A stretch of DNA of 64,000 nt from Holophagales bacterium (GCA_009837885.1 VXSP01000045.1:325526-389525), one strand, 5' to 3'. Shown: positions 17,490 to 27,508, numbered from the stretch's first letter. Numbers and translations are program-made. Notes: a model not told the origin generated them from the sequence alone.

Positions 17490-18755
17490 TCAGGCGGGCG
17501 AGCGAACCGCCATCGGTTGGAACTTCATGTAGGTGAGGGAACGCCACAGCCACTCCAGCGGTCCGAAGCGGAAGCGGGCCAGCCACCACGGCGACCAGAT
17601 CAGTTGCGCTGCCCAGATCGCGACGACGATGCCGAACTGGCCGAGGCGGCCGACCTGCTCGAACTGGCCGAGGCCGTGGCCGTAGAAGATAAGCGTGCAG
17701 ATGACGCTCTGGCTGATGTAGTTCGACAGCGCCATCCGGCCGGCCGCCTGGAGCCGGTGCTGCAAGCCGGGCAGCCAGCCGCGCAGAACGGCCAGCATGA
17801 CGAGCGCGACGTAGCCAAGAAAGACGATCGTGGCTCCAACGAGGTTGAAGACCATCCCCTGGAACATGGAGTGCTCGAAGGCGAAGCCGTGCCGTGTGTT
17901 GAACACCGCGCCGAGGATGACGATCGGCAGGCCGACGCCGAAGCTCGCGGCCAGAAGGCGCCGGTAGAAGGTTGGCGAGCGGCGGGCGGAAAACACACCG
18001 AGCTTGTAGAGGCCCATGCCCACGAGCATCAGGCCGCCGCTGCGCCAGAAGAACAGCACGAGGAAGACGAAGGTCTCCGCGCCCAGGGCCGTGGCGCTCC
18101 GGTGCGGAAGCTGGGTGAGCCAGCTCCCCCGATAGGTGGCGATCTCGGCCTCGATGGCGGCCGCCGCCGGCGCCCAGTCGCCGGCGAACTGGGCTTGGGC
18201 TTCGGCCGGCATGGACGGTAATGCCGTGCCGGTCAGCAGAAAGAACCCCGCCGGCACGACCGTCATCGCGAAGCCGCCGATCAGCAGCTTCTTCGGGCTC
18301 AGGTTGCGCAGGCTGTAGAGCAGGAAGCCGCACAGGGCATAGGGGACCAGGATGTCGCCGTACCAGATCAGGTGGGCGTGGGCGAGGCCGATGAGCAGCA
18401 GCCAGAACTGCCGGCGGTAGTGAACGCCCGTCGCCGAGCCTCCTCGGGCGGCGGCCCGCTCGGCCATCAGCGCCATTCCGGCGCCGAACAGGGCGGAGAA
18501 GATGGAGATGAACTTCATGTCGAAGAACACGTGCGCGACGAGCCAGGCCCAGTAGCCGGCGCCGACGCCCCAGTCGTTGGCGGCCGGGTTCAGATACGCC
18601 GCTTCGATCATCGAGTAGCTCTGCACGTTCATCGCCAGGATGCCGAGCACGGCGAAGCCGCGCAGGACATCGAGCGCCGCGATGCGCTCGCCGGAGCGGA
18701 CGGGCACCGCCCTGGGCGGGGCGGCGGATTCGGTGGGTGAGTCGGCGGTCGTCAC
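17490..18755 (-). CDS. DUF418/YeiB-like integral membrane protein
   Basis: Start placed at GTG 18755, just after the upstream stop. RIAALDVLRGFAVLGILAMN, FSALFGAG and multiple TM segments, then C-terminal RFRFGPLEWLWRSLTY, are typical of the DUF418 family. Confidence 0.8.
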   Translation of the reverse strand: MTTADSPTESAAPPRAVPVRSGERIAALDVLRGFAVLGILAMNVQSYSMIEAAYLNPAANDWGVGAGYWAWLVAHVFFDMKFISIFSALFGAGMALMAERAAARGGSATGVHYRRQFWLLLIGLAHAHLIWYGDILVPYALCGFLLYSLRNLSPKKLLIGGFAMTVVPAGFFLLTGTALPSMPAEAQAQFAGDWAPAAAAIEAEIATYRGSWLTQLPHRSATALGAETFVFLVLFFWRSGGLMLVGMGLYKLGVFSARRSPTFYRRLLAASFGVGLPIVILGAVFNTRHGFAFEHSMFQGMVFNLVGATIVFLGYVALVMLAVLRGWLPGLQHRLQAAGRMALSNYISQSVICTLIFYGHGLGQFEQVGRLGQFGIVVAIWAAQLIWSPWWLARFRFGPLEWLWRSLTYMKFQPMAVRSPA

Positions 18756-18772
18756 GGGGCTCGGCTCTTGCG

Positions 18773-19678
18773 TCAGTCGGCGAGAAACGCCCGCGCCACG
18801 GCGACGAACTCGTCGAGCTGGTCGTGATGGACCCAGTGGCCGGCGCCTTCGAAGTTGCGAAGCTCCGCGCTTTGGAACGCTTCGATGCGGCCGTCCTCGA
18901 CCGGGTCGCTGGCCCAGCTCTCCGTGCCCCGAACCAGCAACGTGGGGCAGGTGATCCGGCCCCAGATGCTCCGCAGTTCCTCCTCGTCGTAGCGGTAGGG
19001 CGGGAAGGAGCGCACGTAGTTGTCGAACTTCCAGGTGTAGGTGCCGTCCTCGTTGCGCGCCATGCCGTTGACGGTGAGGTGGCGGGCCTGTTCGGGGCTC
19101 AGGAAGCTGTTCACCTCCTGCATCCGCTCGGCTGCGGCGCCGAGCGACGGGTAGCGCCGGGGCTGCCGCCCCGCGAGCTTCTGCATGTTGCCGACCCAGC
19201 CTCGCATACGCTCGTCGACCGCCGCGTTGACCCGGTCGGCGAGGATGCGGGGAGGCGGTCCCATCCCTTCGATCGCCACCAGCTTGTGGACGTTCCCGGG
19301 GTAGAAGCCCGTGTAGTGCAGCGCGATGTTCGCGCCCAGCGAGTGGGCGACGATGCGCACCGGGAAGCGGTCCAGTGCTTCCAGCAGCTGCGCGATGTCG
19401 AGGACGAAGTCGGTGATCGCGTACATGCCGCCGATCGCCCATTCGCTGTCGCCGTGACCGCGCAGGTCCGGCGCCACGATGTGGTAGTCGTGACGGAGCG
19501 CGTTCGCCACCCAGTCCCAGTTGTGGGCGTGGTCGCGACCGCCGTGGATCAGCACCAGGGGCGGTTTGTCCTCGTTGCCCCAGTTCAGGTAGTGAAGCCG
19601 CAGCCGCTGGGAGATGTAGAACTGGGACGACGGGCCGACGATGTCCCGGAAGCGACTGTCGCTGAAGGCGGTGCTCAC
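18773..19678 (-). CDS. Alpha/beta-fold hydrolase
   Basis: 301 aa. Oxyanion HGG (LVLIHGGRDH), nucleophile elbow AHSLG, APDLRGHGDS and a C-terminal GHW.H motif. Confidence 0.85.
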   Translation of the reverse strand: MSTAFSDSRFRDIVGPSSQFYISQRLRLHYLNWGNEDKPPLVLIHGGRDHAHNWDWVANALRHDYHIVAPDLRGHGDSEWAIGGMYAITDFVLDIAQLLEALDRFPVRIVAHSLGANIALHYTGFYPGNVHKLVAIEGMGPPPRILADRVNAAVDERMRGWVGNMQKLAGRQPRRYPSLGAAAERMQEVNSFLSPEQARHLTVNGMARNEDGTYTWKFDNYVRSFPPYRYDEEELRSIWGRITCPTLLVRGTESWASDPVEDGRIEAFQSAELRNFEGAGHWVHHDQLDEFVAVARAFLAD

Positions 19679-19763
19679 CGGTTGGCGTCGGATCGCGGGC
19701 CGGAGGTTGCTGCGATCATGACGTGCGCGCGGGCGCTCTCCCGTTGCTGCGAATCGAGGTTTG

Positions 19764-20378
19764 TCATTGGCCGCTGGCGTCGGGGCGAGGGGGATTGATC
19801 ATGATGTGCGCACCCGCGGTGCCGGGGAACATCAGCCAGGGCGCGCCGGGCACCGGCCGGGTCGTCAGTCCGGTCGACTCGGGCGTTGCGTACGGCGTGT
19901 AGATCACCCAGCGCAGGTAGGCGTCACTCACTTCACCGGTCGCGGCGTCGAAGCCGCTACCGTGGAGCACGTACAAGGTGCGCGGCTCCCGCGGCATCGG
20001 CAGCTTGCCTTCCGCGATCTCCCGTTCACGAATCTCGATTCGTTCCTGGCCCTCGATGCCCTGGGCCGTCAGTTCGCGGCCGCGGGCCATGAACGGCTCC
20101 AGCGACTCGTGGTAACAGGCGACGCTCCACTGCGCGTCGCCAGGCCGGGCCGCCAGGCAGACGAGGTCGTTGCTGCCGGTCCGGAGTTCCACCACCTTGC
20201 CATCGGCGGTCCAGCCAAGCACGCGCGCGCCGTCCCGCCGGTCTTCCGGCGCCGCCTGGATTGCGGCGGCGAGCTGAGCTTCGGCATCGCCCGGTTCCGC
20301 CGCCGGTGAGGCTGCAGCCAGACAACCCAGCGCGAGCGCGGCGATCACTGCTTTCGATGTCCTCGTCCTGACGTGCAC
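19764..20378 (-). CDS. Secreted hypothetical protein
   Basis: 204 aa with signal peptide AVIAALALGCLAAASPAAE. No domain recognised. Codon usage resembles its neighbours. Confidence 0.55.
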   Translation of the reverse strand: MHVRTRTSKAVIAALALGCLAAASPAAEPGDAEAQLAAAIQAAPEDRRDGARVLGWTADGKVVELRTGSNDLVCLAARPGDAQWSVACYHESLEPFMARGRELTAQGIEGQERIEIREREIAEGKLPMPREPRTLYVLHGSGFDAATGEVSDAYLRWVIYTPYATPESTGLTTRPVPGAPWLMFPGTAGAHIMINPPRPDASGQ

Positions 20379-20491
20379 TTCGTTCCTCCTGTCTCGCCCG
20401 CTACCTGGCGCACGGGCGCGGAGAGCGTATCGCGGGCGGGTCGGCGAGTCCGCTAACCTCCGGGCGTTTTCATCTCAGGGGGAGCATCGCG

Positions 20492-21226
20492 ATGATCGAT
20501 CTGCACTACTGGCCGACGCCGAACGGCAAGAAAGTCACGATCCTGCTCGAGGAGTGCGGGTTGCCCTACCGCATCGTGCCCTGCCGGATCGGCTTCGGTG
20601 ACCAGTTCAAGGAAGAGTTCCTGGCCATCTCGCCGAACAACCGGATGCCGGCGATGGTCGATCACGAGCCGGCCGACGGCGGTGAACCGATCGCGCTCTT
20701 CGAGTCCGGCGCGATCATGATGTACATCGCCGAGAAGGCCGGCCGGTTCTACCCTCAGGATCTCCGTGCCCGCCACGAGGTGAACCAGTGGCTCATCTGG
20801 CAGATGGCGAACCAGGGGCCGAAGTCCGGCGAGTGCGGTCATTTCCGTCGCCTGCGCGACACGGAAGGCGACCAGAGCTACGCGGTGCGCCGCTTCACCG
20901 ACGAAGTGAACCGCCTCTACGGCGTGATGAACAACCGCCTCTACGACCGGCGTTACCTGATCGGCGACGAGTACACGATCGCCGACATGATCTGCTATCC
21001 GTGGACGGTTCGCTGGGAGGACCAGCAGCAGGACATCGAGGAGTTTCCGTACTTCAAGCGCTGGTTCGAGGAAGTCGGTGCCCGTCCGGCGGTCCAGCGG
21101 GGCATGGACGTCTCGAGCGGCGAGGCGATCGACTACGCGAACCTCTCCGACGAAGAACGCGAACGCCTGAAGAAGCTGCTCTACAACCAGCGCGCCCGGC
21201 CGGCGCCCGAGGGCGGGCTGCTGTAG
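20492..21226 (+). CDS. yfcG: Nu-class glutathione S-transferase (YfcG-like disulfide reductase)
   Basis: MIDLHYWPTPNGKKVTILLEE...ISPNNRMPAMVDHEPADGGEPIALFESGAIMMYIAEKAG is very close to the E. coli YfcG N-terminal pattern. Confidence 0.85.
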   Translation: MIDLHYWPTPNGKKVTILLEECGLPYRIVPCRIGFGDQFKEEFLAISPNNRMPAMVDHEPADGGEPIALFESGAIMMYIAEKAGRFYPQDLRARHEVNQWLIWQMANQGPKSGECGHFRRLRDTEGDQSYAVRRFTDEVNRLYGVMNNRLYDRRYLIGDEYTIADMICYPWTVRWEDQQQDIEEFPYFKRWFEEVGARPAVQRGMDVSSGEAIDYANLSDEERERLKKLLYNQRARPAPEGGLL

Positions 21227-21248
21227 CGGGGCGCCGTCGGACGCACCC

Positions 21249-21426
21249 GCCCGCGTCGCGGCCCGAGGGGTCAGCTCCCAGGTGACGCTCGCGCTTGAGA
21301 GGAGATGGAAGGGGTTGCGCTCGCTCCGCTTCACTCGCTCCGGTTGGGCGTCGGTTGGTGGAGTGTCGTCGGGCGTCGCTCGTTCAGAGGCACCTGGGAG
21401 CTGACCCCTCGGGCCGCGACGCGGGC
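21249..21426. repeat. Perfect 36-bp inverted repeat flanking a 106-bp spacer
   Basis: Left arm 21249..21284 (GCCCGCGTCGCGGCCCGAGGGGTCAGCTCCCAGGTG) is the exact reverse complement of right arm 21391..21426. It lies in the convergent intergenic region between the GST and sulfotransferase genes. Confidence 0.9.
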
Positions 21427-21456
21427 TGGACATCGGTGGACCGCACTGCGCTTCAG

Positions 21457-21483
21457 ACTGGGTGCGCCGGCGTCCTCGCCGGC
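21457..21483 (+). repeat. 27-nt palindromic intergenic element, copy A
   Basis: ACTGGGTGCGCCGGCGTCCTCGCCGGC. It contains a GCCGGCG-N4-CGCCGGC hairpin (one mismatch in this copy). Confidence 0.8.
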
Positions 21484-21505
21484 CTCTTGAGGATCGTGCG
21501 AGGCG

Positions 21506-22426
21506 CTAGCCTCGCTCCTTTGCGAATGCGACTGTGCCGCGCAGCTCTTCGTAGGAACTGTGACCCGTCGCCGGTTTCACGATCCGCTGCCACTCTCGAT
21601 CCCAGACCTCGAGGACTTCGCGCGGTACTTCACGGGAGCCTTCTCCCGACTTTCCCTTGCGGACCTTTGTTGTGGTGCCGGAGGCGGGGAGGCCGCAGGG
21701 GGCGTTTCGGGCGTTGCGGACCAGGTGGTCGTCGAACTTCGAGCTGTGTTCGCGCATGAAGCCGATTGACGCTTGCCGGGTCGCGATCTCGATGTTGGGG
21801 TGCTCCGGGTCGAGCTTGAGGAACGCCGCGACGCGGGCGGTGGCGGCGGGGAGGTCGGCGACGATGTCCTCGAAGCAGAGCCAGAGGGTCTCCGGGTCCA
21901 GGCGCTCCGGCCACCAGGACACGAGGTGTTCCCAGTAGCGGCCGCTACGGGTGCCGTGGAAGATGAAGTCGAGGGCGAAGTCGCGGATCGAGACGGTCCC
22001 GGGCTCGAACACCCAGCCGCTGAAGAAGTGGAAGAAGGAGACGAGCGAATCGACCGGGTCGCGGACGACGAAGATGTTGCGCCCACCTTTCGGTGCCAGT
22101 TCCCGGCTCAGGTGGGTCTTGAACGCTCTGGGCTCGGCCCGCTGGTGTGCGTCGAGGTCGAGGCCGATGTCGTGGGCGACTTCGAGCCAGGGGACGACTT
22201 CCGTGATCTCGTCGAAGTCCATGTCGCCGCCGGTGCGGAGCCCGTGGACGATCTGCTGCATCAGGGTCGTGCCGGCCTTGGGATAGGTGGCGATCAGGAT
22301 GTCGCTGGGCCGCAGACTGAAGTCGAGACCGCGCCGTACTCCTTCTCGTGTGGCGAAGCCGGCCATGCGCCGCCTGATGCCCTCGACCGTAGTGGCCCGG
22401 TGAGGCGTCACGGCGCTGTCGCTCAC
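21506..22426 (-). CDS. Sulfotransferase family protein
   Basis: PAPS-binding 5'-PSB loop TYPKAGTT, FKTH, and the 3'-PB region VVRDPVDSLVSFFHF. The GTG 22426 start is in a GTGA overlap with the xth stop. Alternative ATG at 22366. Confidence 0.8.
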   Translation of the reverse strand: MSDSAVTPHRATTVEGIRRRMAGFATREGVRRGLDFSLRPSDILIATYPKAGTTLMQQIVHGLRTGGDMDFDEITEVVPWLEVAHDIGLDLDAHQRAEPRAFKTHLSRELAPKGGRNIFVVRDPVDSLVSFFHFFSGWVFEPGTVSIRDFALDFIFHGTRSGRYWEHLVSWWPERLDPETLWLCFEDIVADLPAATARVAAFLKLDPEHPNIEIATRQASIGFMREHSSKFDDHLVRNARNAPCGLPASGTTTKVRKGKSGEGSREVPREVLEVWDREWQRIVKPATGHSSYEELRGTVAFAKERG

Positions 22427-23232
22427 CCGAGTACCTCGGCCGAAAGGTCGACGCCGACCGGGCAGTGGTCCGAGCCGGTCACGTGCGTCAGGATGAACGC
22501 CCGCTCGACGAAACGCATCGCGGCCTCCGAGGCGAGCACGAGGTCGATCCGCCAGCCGACGTTGCGCTCGCGGGCCTGGAAGGCCTGCTTCCACCAGCTA
22601 TAGCGCACCGTGTCGGGGTGCAGGGTCCGGAAGGTGTCGATCCAGCCGGCGTCGAGCCAGCGCTGGACCTCGTCGCGTTCCTCCGGCAGGAAGCCGGAGT
22701 TCCTCGCGTTGTCCTTCGGGCGCGCCAGGTCGATCGGCTGCGGCGCCGTGTTGAAGTCGCCGATGACCAGGACGCGATAGCCGGCGGCGCGGGCCTGGTC
22801 GAGCTGGGCGAACAGGGCGCGGTAGAAGCCCAGCTTGTAGGGCACGCGGCTGTTGTCTCGCTTGCTGCCGCTGCCCTTCGGGAAGTAGACGTTCGCCACC
22901 AGCAGTTGGCCGAAGAGAGCCAGTTGCAGACGGCCCTCGGCGTCGAAGCGCGGTTCGCCGAGCGAGGTGCGGACCCAGGCCGGCTCCAGGCGGGAGTAGA
23001 GGCCGACGCCGGAGTAGCCTGGGCGCTCGGCGCTCGAGAAGGAGGTGTGCCAGCGCGTGGGCCGGCGAAGCTCCGGCGCCAGTTGCCCGGCGCGGGCCTT
23101 CGTTTCCTGCAGGCCGACGATCTGAGCCCGGCTCTTTCCCAGCCAGTCGAGGAAGCCCTTGCGCCCGGCGGCGCGCAAGCCGTTCACGTTCCAGGAGACG
23201 ACGCGGATGCGACGGCGCTTCCGGGGGCTCAG
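22423..23232 (-). CDS. xth: Exodeoxyribonuclease III
   Basis: VVSWNVNGLRA, GLQETK, IGDFN and SDHCPV motifs. The first ATG/GTG/TTG (23187) would delete the conserved SWN. The proposed start is CTG 23232 in a CTGA overlap with the upstream GNAT stop. Confidence 0.85.
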   Translation of the reverse strand: MSPRKRRRIRVVSWNVNGLRAAGRKGFLDWLGKSRAQIVGLQETKARAGQLAPELRRPTRWHTSFSSAERPGYSGVGLYSRLEPAWVRTSLGEPRFDAEGRLQLALFGQLLVANVYFPKGSGSKRDNSRVPYKLGFYRALFAQLDQARAAGYRVLVIGDFNTAPQPIDLARPKDNARNSGFLPEERDEVQRWLDAGWIDTFRTLHPDTVRYSWWKQAFQARERNVGWRIDLVLASEAAMRFVERAFILTHVTGSDHCPVGVDLSAEVLG

Positions 23233-23870
23233 GTGCGGCTCCGCTTCCCGGCGCCCAGGTCGTAGGACATGATCATCATGTCGCGGGTGCGCCCGGAGCG
23301 GTCGATGACCCAGTCGGTGAGCAGCGCCTCGGGCGAGAACCCGAGGCGCTCGAACACCCGGCGTGCTCCAATCTGCTCACGCGTCATCTGCGCTACCAGC
23401 TTGAGCAGACCCAGCTCTCTGGCCGTCTCGAACACCCGCTCGGTCAGCACGTGGCCGAGCCCGCAGCGGCGATGGGCCTCGGCGATGATCACGCGGATCT
23501 CGCCGAGGTGACTCATCCAGTGCAGGCCTCGAAGGTTCAGGCTGCCGTAGCCCACCAGCTCGCCTTCGTAGTGGGCCAGGGTAGTGAAGCGGCTGCCGGT
23601 GTCGGCGTCGTGGATCCATCCCTCCACCACGTCCGGATCGGTCAGGTCCGAGCGCAGGAACTGGAGGTCGATCTCGGGCAGGGCGCTGGCGAGCGAGACG
23701 ATGTCGTCCCGGTCGGCAGGGCGCAGGCGGCGCAGGTCGTAGGTGCGATCGCCGCACTGGACCTGGTCGACGGATTGGGTGCTCACGGGCCGCTCGGTCG
23801 TGCCCGGGTGGCGCGGCCGCGCCACCCGTGCCCCAGTCCGCGCGCCCGTCATTGGGTGCGCGGATGGCAA
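23229..23870 (-). CDS. GNAT family N-acetyltransferase
   Basis: Acetyl-CoA motif A region: IIAEAHRRCGLGHVLTERVFETARELGL..KLVAQM...N..ARRVFERLGF. The start is uncertain (ATG 23870, or GTG 23783). Confidence 0.75.
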   Translation of the reverse strand: MPSAHPMTGARTGARVARPRHPGTTERPVSTQSVDQVQCGDRTYDLRRLRPADRDDIVSLASALPEIDLQFLRSDLTDPDVVEGWIHDADTGSRFTTLAHYEGELVGYGSLNLRGLHWMSHLGEIRVIIAEAHRRCGLGHVLTERVFETARELGLLKLVAQMTREQIGARRVFERLGFSPEALLTDWVIDRSGRTRDMMIMSYDLGAGKRSRT

Positions 23871-23938
23871 CCTGCAAAGCTAGCAGGTTCGCCGTCGGGT
23901 ATCGTCGCGCGCGAACGGAATCAGGGAGGGCGGGAGAA

Positions 23939-25018
23939 ATGGCTCCGATACCGAAGGGCGGGACGGTCGCGGTGACGGGTAGCGCCGGCTTTGTCGGCGG
24001 CTGGGCGGTTCGGCTGCTACTGGACAAGGGCTACCGGGTGCGTGCATGCGTGCGCGACGCCAACGACCCCGGGAAGACGACCTTCCTGCGGGAGATGCCG
24101 GGTTACGCCTCCGGGCGCTTGACGATCCACTCGGCGAACCTGGACGAGCCGGGCTGCTTCGACGAGATCTTCGCCGGTTGCCACGGCGTGGCTCACATCG
24201 CCCACGTCAGCGACTACAACGACTTCGACTACGTGAAGAACGTGTGCGACCACATCGTCGAGAGCGTCGAGAAGTCGGGTTCGGTGACCCGCGTGGTCGT
24301 TACCTCGAGCATCGCCGCCGTGATCATGGAGGCCGACATCTACGAGTTCGTTCGGCGGCCGGTCCTGTACGAGGACCGCTACCCGGACGAGTCCAACCCG
24401 AAGCGGACGCCCGAGCGCGGTCACGGCTATTCGATGAGCAAGATCTACGCTCAGCAGGCGTTCACCAGGGCCGCGGAGAAGAGCGGGCGCTGGGACGCGA
24501 TCACCTGCTGCCCGGGCGACAATGTCGGCCCCATCCTGTCGGCGCACCAGAAGGAGAAGGGGCCCTGGCAGCACAACATCGAACTGATGCTGCTGGGCGA
24601 GTGCAAGCAAAACCAGGCCTACCGGCCGTGGATGACGGTCGATGTGCGTGATGATGCGGAGTGCCACATCCGGTTGCTTGAGAGCATCAGTGTCCGGAAC
24701 GGCGAGCGGTTCATCGCGTGGTCCGCGGACGCGGTGCCGGTGGAGGAGATCAACGCCGGCATCGATCGCCTGCTGCCCGAGCTCCGCCATGACACGCCCG
24801 CGATCACGGAAATCCACCCCGACCACATACAGAAGCGCGAAGAGGAACTGCGAGGCATCTGGGCCGGTGTCGAACTGCGCAACGACCGGATGCGGGCGGC
24901 TACGGGCGTCAGGTTCCGGCCGTTCGACGAGTCCCTGCGTGACTGCGTCGAATCGCTGATCTCAGTTGCCGGGGTCGAACCGCAACGGCGGCCCGAGGTG
25001 GACGCCAGCGACGGCTAG
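23939..25018 (+). CDS. NAD(P)-dependent epimerase/dehydratase-family reductase (aldehyde/cinnamoyl-CoA reductase-like)
   Basis: Start at ATG 23939, after GGGAGG. Rossmann motif VAVTGSAGFVGGW, and YSMSK (the YxxxK of extended SDRs). Confidence 0.8.
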   Translation: MAPIPKGGTVAVTGSAGFVGGWAVRLLLDKGYRVRACVRDANDPGKTTFLREMPGYASGRLTIHSANLDEPGCFDEIFAGCHGVAHIAHVSDYNDFDYVKNVCDHIVESVEKSGSVTRVVVTSSIAAVIMEADIYEFVRRPVLYEDRYPDESNPKRTPERGHGYSMSKIYAQQAFTRAAEKSGRWDAITCCPGDNVGPILSAHQKEKGPWQHNIELMLLGECKQNQAYRPWMTVDVRDDAECHIRLLESISVRNGERFIAWSADAVPVEEINAGIDRLLPELRHDTPAITEIHPDHIQKREEELRGIWAGVELRNDRMRAATGVRFRPFDESLRDCVESLISVAGVEPQRRPEVDASDG

Positions 25019-25071
25019 ACGCCCTACAGACGAGAAGGTCGCCGTCGACCGCTTTCTGATGTCCCGCGCGG

Positions 25072-27418
25072 TCAATCTTCGTTCCCGCTCTCGATCTCGT
25101 TGTCGCCACCGTTCTCCTTCTGCTTCACGGTAAGCGGCCAGCCGTCGAACTGAGTACTGGCGGCGCCTTCTGAAGCAGGGAAGCGGAAGGCCTCGAGCAA
25201 GTAGGTCTTCGCCGTCGTGTCGATCGTGACCAGACCGAAGCCGCTGCCCCTGTTGCGCGCTGTGACGTAGCGGTCCGTCGCCTCCAGCTCGGTCCCCGGA
25301 TTGGCGACGGCATAGACGTACATGTAGTTGCCGAAACCGTCTCGGTACTCGCCGGTGTTGGCCCGCTCGTGACTCGGCCGGTTGGCCACCGTGAACCAGT
25401 TCGTGTGCTCGTCCGGCCGCCACCAGCGCACCCAGCCGGTGCTGATCGCAGGCGTGCAGAACGCCCAGCAACTGTCGCGTTGCGCGTCGGCGCCGTACTG
25501 GATCAGGGACGGCAGGTGCAGATCGCCGCACACATGCAGGCACTTCGCCGTCTTCAGGATGCGCACGAGGCGGTTCCGCGGCGTCTGGGGCCAACTGCTG
25601 CTGTCGGATGGCCCGGATGAAGTTGTGGCGGGCCCCGTGGTGCGTCGCCGCCGCGGCGAACAGCGTCTGGCTGAGGAGGACTTTCATCGCGTGGCCGTTT
25701 CGGTCGGTGGACCAGGCGGCCAGGAAGTCCTCCTGCCGCCGGCCGAGCAGGTGGAGGCCAGGCGCGTCCAGCGTGGCCGTGTCGATGCTGTCGTCGTACA
25801 CGTGGTCTCGCGGGCCGACACCGGTGTTCACGCGCTCGGGGCCGCTCTTGAACTGGCGGTCGCCGACGATCGCAAAGCTGACGTTCCCGTAGACGAGGTC
25901 GCCGTAGTAGACGCTGATGCCCCGATTGGCCGGCCTCGAGTCGTAGGGGTCGGGATGATGAGATGTATGCGTGTGGTGGACCACGTTGACCATCCGTACC
26001 GGCTCGATGTAGCCGCCGTTCGAGGACGGGTTCTTGCCGGCGCCCATCGCGTTGCCGCTCTCGCCCCAGAGGTTTCCCTGGAAGACGTCGTGGTCGTCCG
26101 GGATGCACACCGTCGGCCGGTCCCGCATCGCCTCGCGAAAGGCCCACCCGAACATGTAGAACTTGCGCAGGTAGCTCAGGATCGCCAGCGACGCCGGGTT
26201 CCGAACGATGCCGTAGCCGCCGTTGTCCTCGTAGACCTGATCGCCCGAGAAGAACAGGAGATCGGGGTCCTTCTCCGCGACCTCCCTGGCGAGCGGGACG
26301 TAGGGGAAGGAGTAATCCTTCTGGCAGGTGAGCGCGGCGAGTTTCATCGACCCGCCCGTCGGATTCGCCCGGATCGTGCCTTGCCACTCGTGGATCGTCT
26401 CGGAGCCGTCCGCGTGGCGCTCCCGGTACGCGAACCGGTACGGCGTTGCCGTCGTTTGGTCCCAGTTCGCCAGTTTGAAGGTGGCCGTGTACGCGTCCGG
26501 GTTGAAGTCGACGAAGCCGTGGGATCGCCAGTTGCCGCTCCGCTGCGTGAGAAGCTCCACGCGCCGGTCGTCCTGAGCGCCCAGTGGAGGCAGGATCGCT
26601 GTCAGCTTGACGACGAAGCCCTCGGCCCCGCGCGTGTCGTCCAGGGTGTACATGGCCCACAGGACCGCCCCGAACCGGCGGTCCATGTTGACTTCGAAGG
26701 CGCTGCCGCTCGCCTTCCAGTCGCTGAAGCGATAGCGGCCGCCCTGTCCCTCCTGGATGGTGCGGTCGAAGTTGCTGACGATGGCGACGTTGCCGGCGAT
26801 GTTGGCCGCGGCCACCGAGTGGGTGACCGTGCCGAGTTCGGTGCCGGCGGCTGACAGCGCCTTCAGTGTGAGATCGGTCATGCTGCCGGTGCCGGGCGCT
26901 CCGCTCAGGATCAGGACGACGCCGTCATTGAAGGGGCCGGCGATCGTCGAAGTGGCCGTCCCCAGCGTCAGGCTCCCGTTGATCAGGCCGGCGATCATTC
27001 CGCCAGCGCGTACGAAGCAGTTGCTCCGATAGTCGTCGATGGCGTGGCGAATGCCGATCCGGAACCCCGCGCCGCCGTCCATCGCGCCGGTCTTCACGCG
27101 CCGGCAGTGGACCGACATCTCGAAGCTCCCGGTCGAGGTCAGCCGATGGGTGAGCAGGTGAACGCTGCGGTCGCCGGAGTCCCTCCGCGTCTCGGCGCCG
27201 CCGTTCACGACGCTCCAGTCCTCCATGGGATTGGCCCAGAAGGACTCGCCCAGCCAGACCCGGTCGCGGGTCTGATGCCACTTGTCGACCCGCGTGGTGT
27301 CGGAAGTGGATTGCTGCTCGCGCTGCTGCCTGGCGTGGGCGGGCCTGATCCGTTTCGGCAGGGAGACGATGGCCGCCAGCAGGCCGAGGAGTCCGCGTCG
27401 ACTGAGGCTGTACTTCAC
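25072..27418 (-). pseudogene. PhoD-like metallophosphatase with Tat signal; reading frame broken near 25600-25620
   Basis: N-terminal part in ORF 24962..27418: MKYSLSRRGLLGLL, FFSGDQVYE, CIPDDHDVF. C-terminal part in another frame, ORF 25072..25566, which extends upstream as ...DSSSWPQTPRNRLVRILKTAKCLHVCGDLHLPSL. The two frames overlap at a CCGGGCC run and need a +1 shift to join. Confidence 0.65.
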
Positions 27419-27486
27419 GATGGGCCTCGACTATTCCTTTTCGAACGAGAAGCCACGCCCCAGTCGCCCTTCACGTTACACTATTT

Positions 27487-27508
27487 CTTGTGAAAATTTG
27501 GTGAGTTG
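27487..27508. promoter_or_regulatory. Two 11-bp direct repeats (CTTGTGAAAAT / TTGGTGAGTTG) in an AT-rich divergent promoter region
   Basis: The lowest-GC stretch of the PhoD-like/TonB-receptor intergenic region. The 11-bp periodicity is what OmpR/PhoB-type regulators use. No consensus match is claimed. Confidence 0.2.

Noticed and set aside
21249-21426. Calling the 36-bp inverted-repeat unit a bona fide MITE or IS element.
   Set aside because: No target-site duplication, no transposase and only one copy are visible in this window. It is reported as a repeat and finding, not as a mobile element.
24962-25560. The C-terminal ~200 codons of ORF 24962..27418, read as part of the phosphatase.
   Set aside because: This stretch (…PRAHPEDGEVPACVRRSAP…) is low-complexity. 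The conserved PhoD-like continuation lies in ORF 25072..25566 in another frame.
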